DNA from: Cyanophora paradoxa CCMP329
Lineage: Eukaryota > Plantae > Glaucophyta
Length of the DNA stretch: 64,000 nt
Direction: 5' to 3'
Assembly: GCA_004431415.1 (NCBI GenBank)
Contig: QPMI01000291.1
Span: 12,853 to 76,852, forward strand
Part shown: one piece after another, positions 35,940 through 47,294 of the stretch
Numbering within the stretch: the stretch's first letter is position 1
Layout of the letters: each line of letters opens with the position of its first letter
Position numbers and translations under genes: made by a program
Notes under the pieces: generated by a model
What the model was told of the DNA's origin: nothing
Databases searched by the model: none
The model's input: the letters and a program-made list of their open reading frames with translations, nothing else

Positions 35940-38164
35940 TCACATGAAGGATCCTATGCGGCCGGAGAGCGGGCGGGCCTTCCGCGGCGGGGGCCGCATG
36001 TCGACGCCGAAGCCTAGGGCGATGGACGCGGCCTCGACCACGCCGGCCGGCGCCGGGTCGAAGGCTTCGGGCGCGGGCGCGGCGGCGCTCGCCGCGGGGC
36101 GGGGCGGGGAGGCCGGCTCGGTTATCTCGGGGTCGCTGAGGCTCATGCGGGGGAAGCTGGCGCTCACGTCGAGCTCGGCGAAGCGTCTCGCCGCCTGCGA
36201 GGGCGACGCCGGCGAGCGCGTCCGGCCCTTGGCCGAGGAGGGCCGGGAGCGGGGGGCGGAGCTCGGGCGGGAACCGGAGCCGGAGCGGGGGGCGGAGAGG
36301 GGCCGGGAGCGGGGGGTAGAGTACACGTCCTCGTACTTCCGGGCGGGCGAGGCTTCCCGGGAGGAGGGCGGTCCGCTGCCCCCTCCCCCGCCGCCCCCGC
36401 CTCCGCTTCCGCTGCCGCGCCGCGCGAGGGGCCCGCCGGGCGGCAGTGGGGCCGCCCCGCGGATGTGGGGGCGCCCGGCGCGCGGGGCGGCCGGCCGGCC
36501 GAGGCCGGGGTGCCGCCGGCGCCGGGGCGAGGCTGGGGCTCGGGGGCTCGGCGGACGCCCCCAGGATCGAGTCCAGCAGGGCGTCGTTGGGGTCGCGTAC
36601 CCCCCGGGCGCGTCGGCGGCCGCGGCCGCCTCTCGCGCCTCAGAGAGGCGTCGGGAGGCGCGTCGCGGGGGCGGGGCGGAGGCGGAGGCGGGGCCGGAGG
36701 GCCGGGGGCGGGGAGGACGGGGCGCTTCGGGCGCGGGGCGGCGGGGCGCGGCGCTTGGCCCCCGGGGAGGCGGCAGAGGCGGAGGAGGGCGGCTGGGCCG
36801 GCCCCGGGTCGGAGGGCCGCGGGCGGGACGGCTTCGCGGAGGCGGCGCGGCGGCGCGGGAGGGGCCGCAGGGGCTCCAGCGCGGCCGCCGCCGGGGGGGT
36901 ACCGAAGCCCCCGTACCGCTTCGCGTTCGTGACGAGGACGGCGTACTTGCGGTCCTGCGGCCGCGTCGGGAAACGGGAGACGGGCGGGTTCGAACCCGAA
37001 CCCGGGGCCGCGCACCACGTCCCGCAGGGCGTTGGCGTAGCGCTTCTGCGTTCTGGGCGGGGCGGGGGGAGTAAGGGTGGGGCCGCAGGGGTACGGAATA
37101 GGGAGGGGAGGGGCTACGCACATCTCAAAGGCGCGCTCGCGGTCCGCGATGAGCTTCCGGGCGGCCGCCTCCTGCCCCTCCAGCAGAACCCGCATCTCCT
37201 GCGGGCGGCGCGGCGCGGCTCAGAGGACGAAGAGGTCGCGGCGGGCGTCGGCGGGGGCGGGGGCGGGGGCGCACGGCGTTGTGGCGGAGCTGCAGGCGCT
37301 CGAGCTGGTCGACGTAGCTGGCGTAGATGCGGCGCTGCCAGGCGTCCTTCTCGCGCGCCTCCAGCGCCGCCCACTGCCCCCGCGCCTCGTGCGCCCTCTC
37401 GTACTCGCCGAGGCGCGCGTGGCCCTGGTGCTTCTTCTCGAGGGTCTGCAGCGCGGGGGAAGCCTTGAACGCCTCCGGCCGCATCTTCTCGTGCGTCCGC
37501 TCGTCCAGCGCCCCCCGCTCCTCCCGGTGCTTCCGCCGCAGCGCGTCCAGCTGCGCGCGCGCGCGAGCCCCGGTCAGTGGCGGGGCGCGCGGCGCGGCGC
37601 GAATCGATCTCGGGCGCCTGCCGCAGGTTCTCCTCGCGCAGGAGGGTCTCCCGCGCGTCCCACTCGGCGGCGAGGTGCATCCCGAGCTCCTCCGTCGCCG
37701 ACGCGAGCCCCTCCTTCTCCATCAGAGCGGCCTCCTCCAGCTGCCTCCTCTTGAACTGCGCATCGCCGGCGGCGATCAGCGCCCGACCCGCGGGGCGCTC
37801 GGCCCGGCCGCAGGCGGGTGGACCGGGTTGGCCCGTTGGCCTCCCCCGGTCCCTCTCAGCGCCCCCATGGAGCATGCAGCATGCGCACCTCGTTGATGTC
37901 GGCCTTGACCTTCTGGATGCCGCTGGCGACGACCTGCGCCTTGGCGTAGTCCTAGGAACGGTCAGTGCCGGGCATGCGGGCGCCGGGGCGTGCTGCCGGA
38001 CCTGATCTCGCTCCGCTTCCCTCTTGAGGCGCTCAAGCTTCAGGAGCATGCTCTCTAGCCCCTGCACACGTGGTTAGCTAGAGGCCAAGTTGGGCGCAAC
38101 AGCTGGCGGCTGGCTGGATCAATCTCACATTAGAGTCTACGTCCAGCATCTCCGTGGGCTCCAT
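35940..38164 (-). CDS. Uncharacterised coiled-coil protein with Pro/Ser-rich low-complexity C-terminus (multi-exon)
   Basis: E/K/R/Q-rich exons (LESMLLKLERLKREAERDQ; QFKRRQLEEAALMEKEG; EMRVLLEGQEAAARKLIADRERAFE) bounded by plausible splice sites. Confidence 0.55.
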
Positions 38165-38790
38165 CCCGGCAAGCGCTTGGGCTGCGGTGCGCCGCCGAGC
38201 TGCAGCTGTTTGCCAATTCAACGTGGGCGGCTCTCTATCACTCCCTGTGCTCTCTCTCGCGGCCGCTGGCTGCTCCGGTGCTGGACTCGCACGTCCGTGC
38301 CACGTCGGAGCGGTTGGGTACACTGACTGGCAGTCGCCTGTACCCCCAGGAGGACGCGAAGGTGCGCCGGCGCCGCGATCCGCGTATTTTTCGCCGGTAG
38401 GAAAGGATCTGCTTGGTAAAGAGACGCTATAGGACCTGCGAGAGTGGCCCGGCGCCGTTTTCGTCAGTTAGCATCTAAAACCCTTGACCAACGCCCCGCT
38501 AGCCGCCGTCGTCAGGTCGCCTTTTCGACGCCGGTCTCTCTAGCCGATCGATTCTTCCCTAGAGCGAGTCACCAGGCGACGTTCCCCACCAGCGTCAGTC
38601 CCGAGTTCGGAGCCCGACCAAAGGCGACCCAACCGGCCACCGGCACGCCTGGCGCCCTTCCGGCGCCCTTCTTAGCATCTTCCGAGATAGTCCCGTTCGT
38701 TTGGGGGCAAACCGTCGGGACGCGCCAAATCCCTTCAAATCCTCGGCGTGGCGCGCCCTCGTCGCCCGGCTGACCCTCGGGGCGGCGCAG

Positions 38791-41306
38791 ATGTATCAGC
38801 AGGGTTATGGCGGACAACCTGGCTACGGCCAGCAGCAGCAGTACGGTGGTGGCTACGGCGGTGCGCTTTGCTGCGCAGTCGCGCGCCTTCGATCGTCCCG
38901 CCGACGCCGACGCTCGCGCAGGAAGCGGCGTCGTCGCCGGCCCGTACGGTGCGGGCCCGATGCCGGAGCAGGGCGGCTACGGCGCCCCGGCGTACCCGCC
39001 GCACCAGCCCCGCGCCTACAACGAGGACCCCAAGGCGAAGCTCTACCAGCAGGGCGAGACGGTGCGTCGCCGCCGCCGCCGCGATTTCGCCTTCTTCCGC
39101 CCCGCGCCGACTCTCCTGCTCCGCGCAGGCTTACATCAGCCGCAACCGGTGGGCGGCGCCCCGCCCGCGACCGCGCGGGCCGCCCCTGACGGACGCGCGC
39201 GCGTACCCCCCGCAGCACGTGCCGCGACATCCTGTTTCTGATCCTCTTCATCGCCTTGTGCGCCGTACCCCCGTCCGGCCCGCCCGCCCCGCCCTCGCTG
39301 ACGCCCCCCGCAGCTGGGCCGGCATGGGATTGTGCGCTCCGCGGGCCCGGGGGCGCGGCGCGTACCCCCCCGAGCCGCGGCGCCCTAACCGTCTACCCCC
39401 GCAGCGTTGCCTTCTTCGCCTTCAAGTACGGCGACCCGACCCGGCTCGTGGCGCCCGTGACCGCCTCCGGCGAGATCTGCGGCGTCGGCAAGGCGCGCCC
39501 GCCTCGCCGCGCCCCCCGCCCCGCCTGCTCCCGCCCGACTAACGGGACGCGCCGCGGCGCCCCCGCGCATGCAGATGTCGGCGTACCCCTCGCTCTACTG
39601 GCCCATGCCGACGCAGGTGGCGGAGATGATCGCGGCCGGCAACAAGGGCGTCTCGATCTGCGTGGCGAAGTGCCCGAAGCTCGCCGAGCCCTTCATCTCG
39701 GGCCCCGACGGCGCGGTCTCGGCGGCCCCCTCGATCTACGACACCCAGGAGATGCCCGGCCTCAAGCACTTCTGCGTGCCCACCAACACGGACGCCTTCA
39801 CCGACGTCTTCCAGCGCATCAACCAGAAGGCGAGCGCGTCGCTCGCTTGCTGGGCTTCTTTTCAACTCTGACCCGCCCCGCCCCGCCGCGCAGTTCAGCG
39901 GCCTGGACGCGCAGCTCTCGTACGTCGTCTCCAACTGGAACGCCATCGCCGCCGGTGCTTTCCCGCGCCCCCCTTCGCTCGGCTCTGGGCTGACGCGGCG
40001 CGCAGCGGTCGGCATCGCGCTGGGCGCCTCGCTCGTGTGGCTCATCCTCATGCGCTTCGCCGCCGCCGTGATGGTCTGGATGACCGTCCTCATGGCCGTC
40101 CTCGTCGCCGTCGCCGCCACGATCCTCGCCTGGTACAAGGCCGGCTACATCTCGGTCCCCGCCGGCTTCAAGAACGTCGTCCTGGACAAGATCGACGCGT
40201 ACGCCATCGACCACAAGCTCATGCTCGGCATCGCGATCGCCCTCACGATCGTCACCGTCGTGCTGCTGCTCGTCGTCCTCGTCATGTTCACGCGCATCAT
40301 GATCGCCGTCGGCATCGTCCGGGAGGCCTCGGCGGCCCTCGGCGACCTCCCCGGCCTCTTCGTCTTCCCGCTCCTCACCCTCGTACTCCTCCTCGTGCTC
40401 TGGGTCTACTGGCTCTCCGTCTTCGGCTACCTCGCCTCGGCCGGCGAGTGGAACATCAGCACGCTCTCGTACAACGCCTCCAACACGCTGCGCGGCCTCA
40501 TCGCGTACCACTTCTTCGGGCTCCTCTGGACCGCCGTCCTCATCGAGGCGATCCAGGAGTGCACGATCGCCGGCGCCGTCGCCACCTGGTACTTCACCCG
40601 CGACAAGAAGTCGATCCCGTTCTTCACGGTGGGCCAGGCCTTTGGCCGCTCGGTGACCTACCACCTGGGCTCGCTCGCCCTGGGCTCGCTCCTCATCGCC
40701 GTCGTCAAGTTCATCCGCGCCGTGCTCGCCTACATCGAGCGCAAGTTCAAGGAGCTCCAGAACCCCGTCGTCAAGTACGTCTGCTGCTGCGTCCAGTGCT
40801 GCCTCTGGTGCGCGGCTTCTCAAATATACGTGCCTCTTAAGAAGTCTTACTTAACTCTACTTTGCTTTAGGTGCTTCGAGAAGTTCCTCAAGTTCATCAC
40901 GCGCAACGCGTACATCGAGATCGCGATCACGGGCAAGTCCTTCTGCTCGGCGGCCGCCGACGCCTTCGGCCTCCTCCTCCGCAACGTGCTCCGCGTGGCG
41001 GCCGTGGGCGTCATCAGCGACTTCCTCCTCTTCCTCGGCAAGCTGGCGGTCACCGTCGGCACCATGGCGGCCTGCGCGGCCATCATGACCAACGGCGGCA
41101 ACCTCGCGACGGCGCCCATCCTCCCCATCATCCTCTGCGGCCTCATCGCGTACGGCGTCTCCTCGGCCTTCTTCACCATCTGCTCGATGGCCATCGACAC
41201 GATCCTCTTCTGCTTCTGCGAGGACTGCGAGAAGCACGAGGCGACCGGCCAGTACTACATGCGCGAGTCCCTCCGCGACTTCATCGACTCGGCCTCCCGC
41301 AAGTGA
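38791..41306 (+). CDS. Choline transporter-like protein (SLC44/CTL family), multi-exon
   Basis: G/Y/Q-rich N-terminus; RTCRDILFLILF; YGDPTRL..P....GEICG; IAGAVATWYF; YHLGSLALGSLLIAVVKFIR; FITRNAYIEIAITGKSFCSAA; AIDTILFCFCED. Confidence 0.95.
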
Positions 41307-42368
41307 GCGGCCTCAGGGCCTGGGCGGCCTGGTCCGCGGCTCGGCCGCTCGGCGGCTTAAGCTCCGGGCAAGCGCCGTGGCTCGCCGAGTCGCTGGGCCT
41401 CGGGGTGGGCGACGCCCGAGGCCCGCTCTGCTCTCAAGGTTTTTTCATTGATATTGGTAGAGGTTGCACGTGTATATGTCGCGTCCAATTGCAACTGGTA
41501 CGGTCACTCGTGTTCCGAGTCCGGTGTTACAGTGTGGACGTCGCACGGGCCGCCGATCCGCGGGCTCGAGGGCCGGGCCCGGGGCGGGGCAGCGGCTGTA
41601 CATACGCGCACGTAGCGCAATGCGTGATCATGAGGGTATACGTACCCTCTAGCTCTGTAGCGAAATCTGGTCATGGGGTAGCATGCGCATTCAAGATCGA
41701 CACCGTCGGACCCCTGCAATCAGCGGAGGGTACCCGCTGAGCCTCGGATCTGGATCTCGGAGCATGGATCGAAGCGCGGAATTAATATTATAAGGAATCG
41801 CTAGCTTGTTTAATTTCATAGGAATACACCTAGGGAACGAGTCTAAGCTCAAGACCGCCCCAACACTAACGGAACACGATGCCATGATCATCGGATGAGA
41901 AACTCAAAAATGCATAGGGCGTGCATGGAGAAGCGCGCGGAAATACCGAACTGACCGTCGGACTGCAATACTGCACTGCGTGAGGCATACTCCTCAGGGC
42001 ATACTGTACATAACGCACAAGAGAGGCGTAGCCCTGACCCGCCCGAGATTCCAGCCTGGCAGCAAGCTCACATGCGAAATTAAAGATCTAGAACTAGATC
42101 AAAGAGATCCCTACGGTTACCTACGAACTGAAACCGAAACGCGAAGTTGAAGCTGAGTGCTTTTGAGCGAAAATCGATTCAAAAGTTGAGATCTAGATAG
42201 AAAAAGGCCGAAGCCTGAAGCCGTGGAAGTGTTGTGCGGAAAACCAATAATAGTAACGAGGCGGCTTCCCATCCATAAGCGGGGGAGCCGAGACTCGATT
42301 TCGAAGCGAAGTGTTGTGCGTGCGTGACCGTGAGGGCTCCTCCAGGCTCGAGGGCTCCTCCAGGCTCC

Positions 42369-44358
42369 TCAGTGGTGTGAGTGGAGGGCGCGGTGGCCGA
42401 GCCAGACGGCGGCGCCGACGAGGACGGCACCGCCGAGGGCGTTGCCGAGGGAGGACCAGAGGAGGTTGTGGGCGAGGCCCGCCGCGGTGATCGCCCCGCC
42501 CGCCAGCATCCCCGCCGGCAGCGTGAACATGTTCTGCCGGCGCGCGCGAGGGCGCGAGGGCGTACGCGTGAGGCTTCGTTCGCGCTTGATAACGCTAGGC
42601 CCTACTGCGAGGCCGGGGGGGGGGGGGGGGGGGGGGGGGCGCACGGCGACGGAGTGCTCGAAGCCGAGGAAGACGAAGGAGCAGACGGGGAGCCAGATCG
42701 TCGCCGCCTGCGCCGCGGCCGGGGAGGGAGCCCGTGAGGCGCGCACCCTGGGGGCGGGCCGGCCGAGGGCGGCGCTAGGCGTCGCTTCCTTGCTCCCCCC
42801 GATCGCTTGCCTACGCCTAGACGAGGGCGGGGAAGCGGGGGGGCGGGGGCGGGCCTTGGAGATCATGTCGCGCGAGGCGAGCGAGCCGTACGTCGCCGTG
42901 CACACCAGCCAGTTCGCCAGGATCCCCTGCGAAGAGAAGAGAACGCGCGCATCGGATCGCTGAGGAGAAGCTTGAGAAAGAAGAGGGGTACGGGACCTTG
43001 AAGAAGATGCGGGAGGCCGGCTGGAGGGCCTTCGCCTCCGCCACGTGCGCGAAGGCGTGGCCCACCGGGCCCGGCGCGAACATCCCCGCCGCGTTGCTGG
43101 GAGGGGGGTCAGGAGGAGGGGGCGGGGGCGAGGGAGGGGGAGGGTGGAGGGGGGTACGGGAGGTTACCAGAGCATCGCCATGAGGGCCGCGCCGACGAAG
43201 TTGCCGCACCACGAGACCGCCTGCGCGCGCGCGAGGTACCGCATCAGAAGGGGGATGGGGGAAGGAGGCGCGCGGGGGGTACGGGCGCGCCCAGCTGCGG
43301 GCAAGGTGGACCCAGGTGGTCTTCCCCTCGAGCGTCGACGTCGTCATGTACATCGTGTTCGTCGTGAACCTGGGTACAGAATAAGAAAGGAAAAGAAAAG
43401 GAAAGGGGGGTACGCGCACATCTCGACGCCGTAGACGAGGACGAGGAAGAGGCCGAAGGGGAAGAGGAGGGCGGAGATGGCCTTGGCGAGGCCGTACGAA
43501 AAGTCCGCGTCCGCGTGCGTCAGGTGGCCGAAGATCTGAAGAGAAGAGGAGCTCGGGTCAGCAGGGCAGGAGAAGTAGGTCTCTTGTTGAGAGAGGAGGC
43601 GCGCTGCGCGTGCTCACCGCAAGATTGAGTGTCATTGCGACGGCCTGCGCGGGGGCGGGAGGGCGGGCGGGCGGGAGGCGCTCAGGGAACGGGGAGGAGG
43701 CGGTGGAGGAGGGGGATGAGAAGAAGGGCAGGGGCGGGGGCGGACCACGAAAGCGCCTGCCATCATCGAGAGAACGAAGACTGCGGCGATGGGCGGGCGG
43801 GGCGGGTAGCACGCGTCGGGTCGGGCGGGCGGGCAGGGGGATAGCCGGGCAAGCGCCGGCACCTCGCCAGTTGGGCATCTTGCTCTTCTTGACGCCGGCC
43901 TCGACCGCGTAGTTAAACATGTCCACGCCTGTGCGTACGCGCTTGCGTGAGCGGTGGGCGAGCCTCCCAGCTAGCCCCGTCGCGAGTCCCGCCCCCGGCG
44001 GGCTAGCTGTAGCGCGAGTGGCCTGCCCCTCACGGGCGAGCGCACCGATCGGGGTCTTTTGGACTACGGGAACCGGCTGGTTATCCGTCCTCGGGGCGCC
44101 AGTCAGAGGGTTCACGTTCGGCGCCGGCCCCTCCGCCTGGGCGACGAGGAAGGGCCGGGAGAGTGGCGGGAGAAGGGTCGCAGCGCCCACGAGCCTCCTG
44201 CAGCTGCCGAAGAACGCGCGCTCGGGTGCGATCGCAGCCCGCACGATGGCGTGCGCCCGTCGGGCATCGCGCGACACTTGCGCGGGCCGGATGGCCGCGC
44301 CCTGCTGGAGCTGGACTCGCGAGGCCACGCCCGAGGGAAGAGTGACGACGAACGCCAT
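42369..44358 (-). CDS. Plastid-targeted formate/nitrite transporter (FNT; NAR1/LCIA-like), multi-exon
   Basis: AVEAGVKK; MMAGAFV; LFPFGLFLVLVYGVE; SWCGNFVGA; GILANWLVC; IWLPVCSFVFLGFEHSVANMF; NLLWSSLGNALGG; N-terminal transit peptide starting MAFV. Confidence 0.9.
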
Positions 44359-45168
44359 CGAGCTGTATCAGCCGCACTGACAGCTTGCGCTAGCCTGGGG
44401 CTGACGTAGGCCTACTCGGGCGGGCTGCGGTCTCGCTAGCGGGCTCTAGATAGCTGCACGATGCTTCCCACGACGCCCTGACGCTGTGCCCGCGACAGAT
44501 CCCGACCTTGCCTCTTGCCGCTTACCGCGAACTTAGAGCACTTCGTTCGCAAATCGCGCTGTATCCCCCCGCCAGCGAAAGCCTTGAATTCGAAGCGTCG
44601 ACTCTCCGAACGCGCAAGCGGCGCAACATGTACGCGCATTCCGGCGCGTCGCGCGGCTTGCTCTCAGCTGCAGCGCTTAGCGCTAGCTCGCAAGCGGCGC
44701 AATATGTACGCCTATTCCGGCGCCGGCGCCCGGCGCGTCGCGCGGCTTGCTCTCGGCACTGCAAGCTTGAGCGCTAGCTCGCTCAAGATCTGCGCATGCG
44801 ATGCGCGCGCGCCGCGGCGCGTGGGCCCAGGCCGCGCCGGCCGCGCGCGGCCGGGGGCCTGCGTATATGCATATGGGTACGTACCCCGCGGTCGCAGCCG
44901 GATCTGTCGACCCGCGGCCGGTACCCCTCAGGGGTCACCTCAGGGACCTGTACCCCTAGCCGGGCCGGGCCAGGCCTTCTGCGCCCCTGTACCCTTCTGG
45001 TACCCGGCCCCGCTCCTGATCACACACCCCCTCCGCAGGGGCCGGCGCCAAGAATAAGTATCTCTCTCATATAGAGAGCGATCGAGACACGAGGGAGGAA
45101 GGGGCAGGGGGCCAGCCGGCGCCTTCTGACGATCACGGGTCGTACCTGGAGTCGCCCCAGCGGACGCG

Positions 45169-45437
45169 AGTGGAGTATTACGCCATGGCTACATAAACGA
45201 AAAATCCCGAAATAATACAAATACATTCGAATTCCCCACGATATTCAGTAATACATACTTTTCATCGATAAATTCAATCGAGATATTCCCACTGACTCAC
45301 TGATATCATCAATCATTTCATTAACCCCCTGACGATATTCAGTAACAAAAACAAAAAACTCACGCCATGGCTACAATTACATCTTTATCATCTTTATCGT
45401 ATTTCATTTCCATTTCCCACTTATCGTTTTACTTCTC
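45169..45437 (+). repeat. Left terminal inverted repeat (269 bp)
   Basis: AGTGGAGTATTACGCCATGG...TTATCGTTTTACTTCTC is the reverse complement of 56371-56639; no mismatch noticed by eye. Confidence 0.97.
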
Positions 45438-45725
45438 TTGCTTCTTTTTAGCTAATTTTCTTTGTAGTCTATCTCTCACAGATCCTTTAAAAGTTACATT
45501 TCCTTTATCACCAGGATCATTACTAAGTATCAAATTTTGGAATTCGAGTTTTAAAGATTGTAGCATCGATGGTCTTATTTCATTTACTGCATTGTAACCG
45601 AGTGTGTGTTGTAAGAACTCTTTAAAAAACTCATCAAACTTTTCCATTGTTCTATTTTCTTCTTTTTCAAGAAATTGAAACGTATATCGGCAAGCATCCT
45701 TTGCTTTGATACCTTGCGATGCCAT
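45429..45725 (-). CDS. Viral hypothetical protein (98 aa)
   Basis: ATG-started ORF with element-like composition and an upstream AAAAAATGA..ATTTAA motif; stop lies inside the left TIR. Confidence 0.65.
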   Translation of the reverse strand: MASQGIKAKDACRYTFQFLEKEENRTMEKFDEFFKEFLQHTLGYNAVNEIRPSMLQSLKLEFQNLILSNDPGDKGNVTFKGSVRDRLQRKLAKKKQEK

Positions 45726-45999
45726 CGTTACAACTACTTCTAATATCTGGTTTTAAATCTCATCATTTTTTGCACCTTCGCCAATAGCATATATACCCGT
45801 ATATATACATCAGAACCTCCGTATATACCATCCCCGACAACTTCTGATTTTTTCATTTTTTTTACTTTTTCGCATATGACGACATATACATATATACATC
45901 AGCGTCACCGACATATTCGGGGTCATCACATCGCGGCGAGTCCGAAAACATATAGCATGCCACAAAGTAGTATTTTTTGCAATCCGACCAATAACAGTG

Positions 46000-46275
46000 A
46001 GGTTATCATAGTTCTTCCCGGGTTATCATAGTTTTTCCCCCATTGTAACCGGACTTGCCCCCCCCATTGTAACCGACTTGCCCCCCATTGTAACCAACTT
46101 GCTCCCCCTTGTAACCAATCGATACCCGGTTGATATTTGTTTGTCGAAAACAAAAAACCAAAAAAACGCAAAAACACCGGACAAAAAACGACCTTTGTGG
46201 ACACCGGGGATACCGGGTTTGTGGACACCGGGGATACCGGGTTTGTGGACACCGGGGATACCAGTTTTGTGGTTA
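46000..46275. repeat. Cluster of short tandem repeats in the viral non-coding region
   Basis: GGTTATCATAGTT x2; CCCC(A/C)TTGTAACC x4 (~46037-46116); 24-bp TTTGTGGACACCGGGGATACC(G/A)G x3 (46194-46265). Confidence 0.9.
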
Positions 46276-46481
46276 TTTTGTGGACAAAATGCAAAAAAAC
46301 TAAAAAACAAACAAAAACGAAAAACGCGAAAAGACGAAGAAAACGGTTCCGAAAAACTACAAAAACTCGAAAAACAATCGAAACCGCCACGCAAACCGTC
46401 AAACCGCTGTATCTTTTCACCAACTCATCGCCTTGCAAAAACAAAAATAGCGCCGGAATGCTCTCAAAAAGCGCTACAAGG

Positions 46482-47249
46482 CTACATCGTAACCGTAGTG
46501 CCCTCGCGCTGTATGCGAGCCAACCGTTCCTTCTTTTGCAGTGCCCGCCTCTTGCCGAACTTCCGAGTCATCTTTTTCAAGTCGTCTTCCGATAGAATCG
46601 CCCGGTCTGTGTAAAACTTAACGTCGTAGCCTTGCAGACCCACGCAGACCACCTGATAACTATGACCCCATAGCCTATTCAATTCCTTAAAGTCTCTCTT
46701 ACTGAGACCACCATTATATTCATCAAAAGCACAGTTAAACTCTTTTTCGTTCCCTAATATATTAAAGAAGACCACGAATTCGAGGTTGCGCCTAATTGTA
46801 GTGCTTACTGAGCACATGCGTTGTGAATTCACGATGAGGGATATCATATAATGGCGTCCAGAGGTTACCAGCTTTTTCAAGACCATATTCGTCTCCATAT
46901 TTAGCGAGGATCCAATCATGTCATCTAATATCAAAACTAAGCTGTTCTTTCTCTCTCCCTTTTCGATTCGTTTCTTTTGCATCCCGATGAGCTTCACCAC
47001 AAGGTCATCGTTCCATTCCTCAAAGATATTATCGGTGTGTGTGATGTCTTGCCATTGACCAGTGAATGCGGTTGAACTAAAAACCACGACCTGATTGATT
47101 TGGTCGCGAAGCTCATACAGTAAATATTTCGCAAACGTAGTCTTACCAGTGTTACTACGTCCCCAGCAACCGATTCTTGTTGGTAAAACTATGTTCCTTG
47201 CAGGATCCAACTCAGGTATTTCATCCAGATTTATGGTTTCCTTATCCAT
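46482..47249 (-). CDS. A32/FtsK-like genome packaging ATPase
   Basis: Walker A GRSNTGKT; Walker B LILDD; A32 motif GRHYMIS...NSQ...IRRN. Confidence 0.93.
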   Translation of the reverse strand: MDKETINLDEIPELDPARNIVLPTRIGCWGRSNTGKTTFAKYLLYELRDQINQVVVFSSTAFTGQWQDITHTDNIFEEWNDDLVVKLIGMQKKRIEKGERKNSLVLILDDMIGSSLNMETNMVLKKLVTSGRHYMISLIVNSQRMCSVSTTIRRNLEFVVFFNILGNEKEFNCAFDEYNGGLSKRDFKELNRLWGHSYQVVCVGLQGYDVKFYTDRAILSEDDLKKMTRKFGKRRALQKKERLARIQREGTTVTM

Positions 47250-47294
47250 TACAGTAAAGATATAAAAAAACAGACAAAACGCGACACGCTACGC

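Noticed and set aside
14400-44400. Numerous R/G/P/A-rich ORFs in the six-frame track
   Set aside because: Expected in very GC-rich DNA; they overlap better-supported spliced genes.
44615-44782. Diverged two-copy tandem repeat upstream of the FNT gene
   Set aside because: Real but short, with no evidence of function or of a link to the viral insertion.
46194-46265. CRISPR-like 24-bp repeats
   Set aside because: Directly tandem with no spacers, no cas genes, eukaryotic context.
45926-46614. Four overlapping ORFs (TNPVSPVS / DTGDTGFV repeats) in the virus
   Set aside because: They are open because of in-frame 24-bp repeats and A-tracts on both strands, and show no protein-like features.
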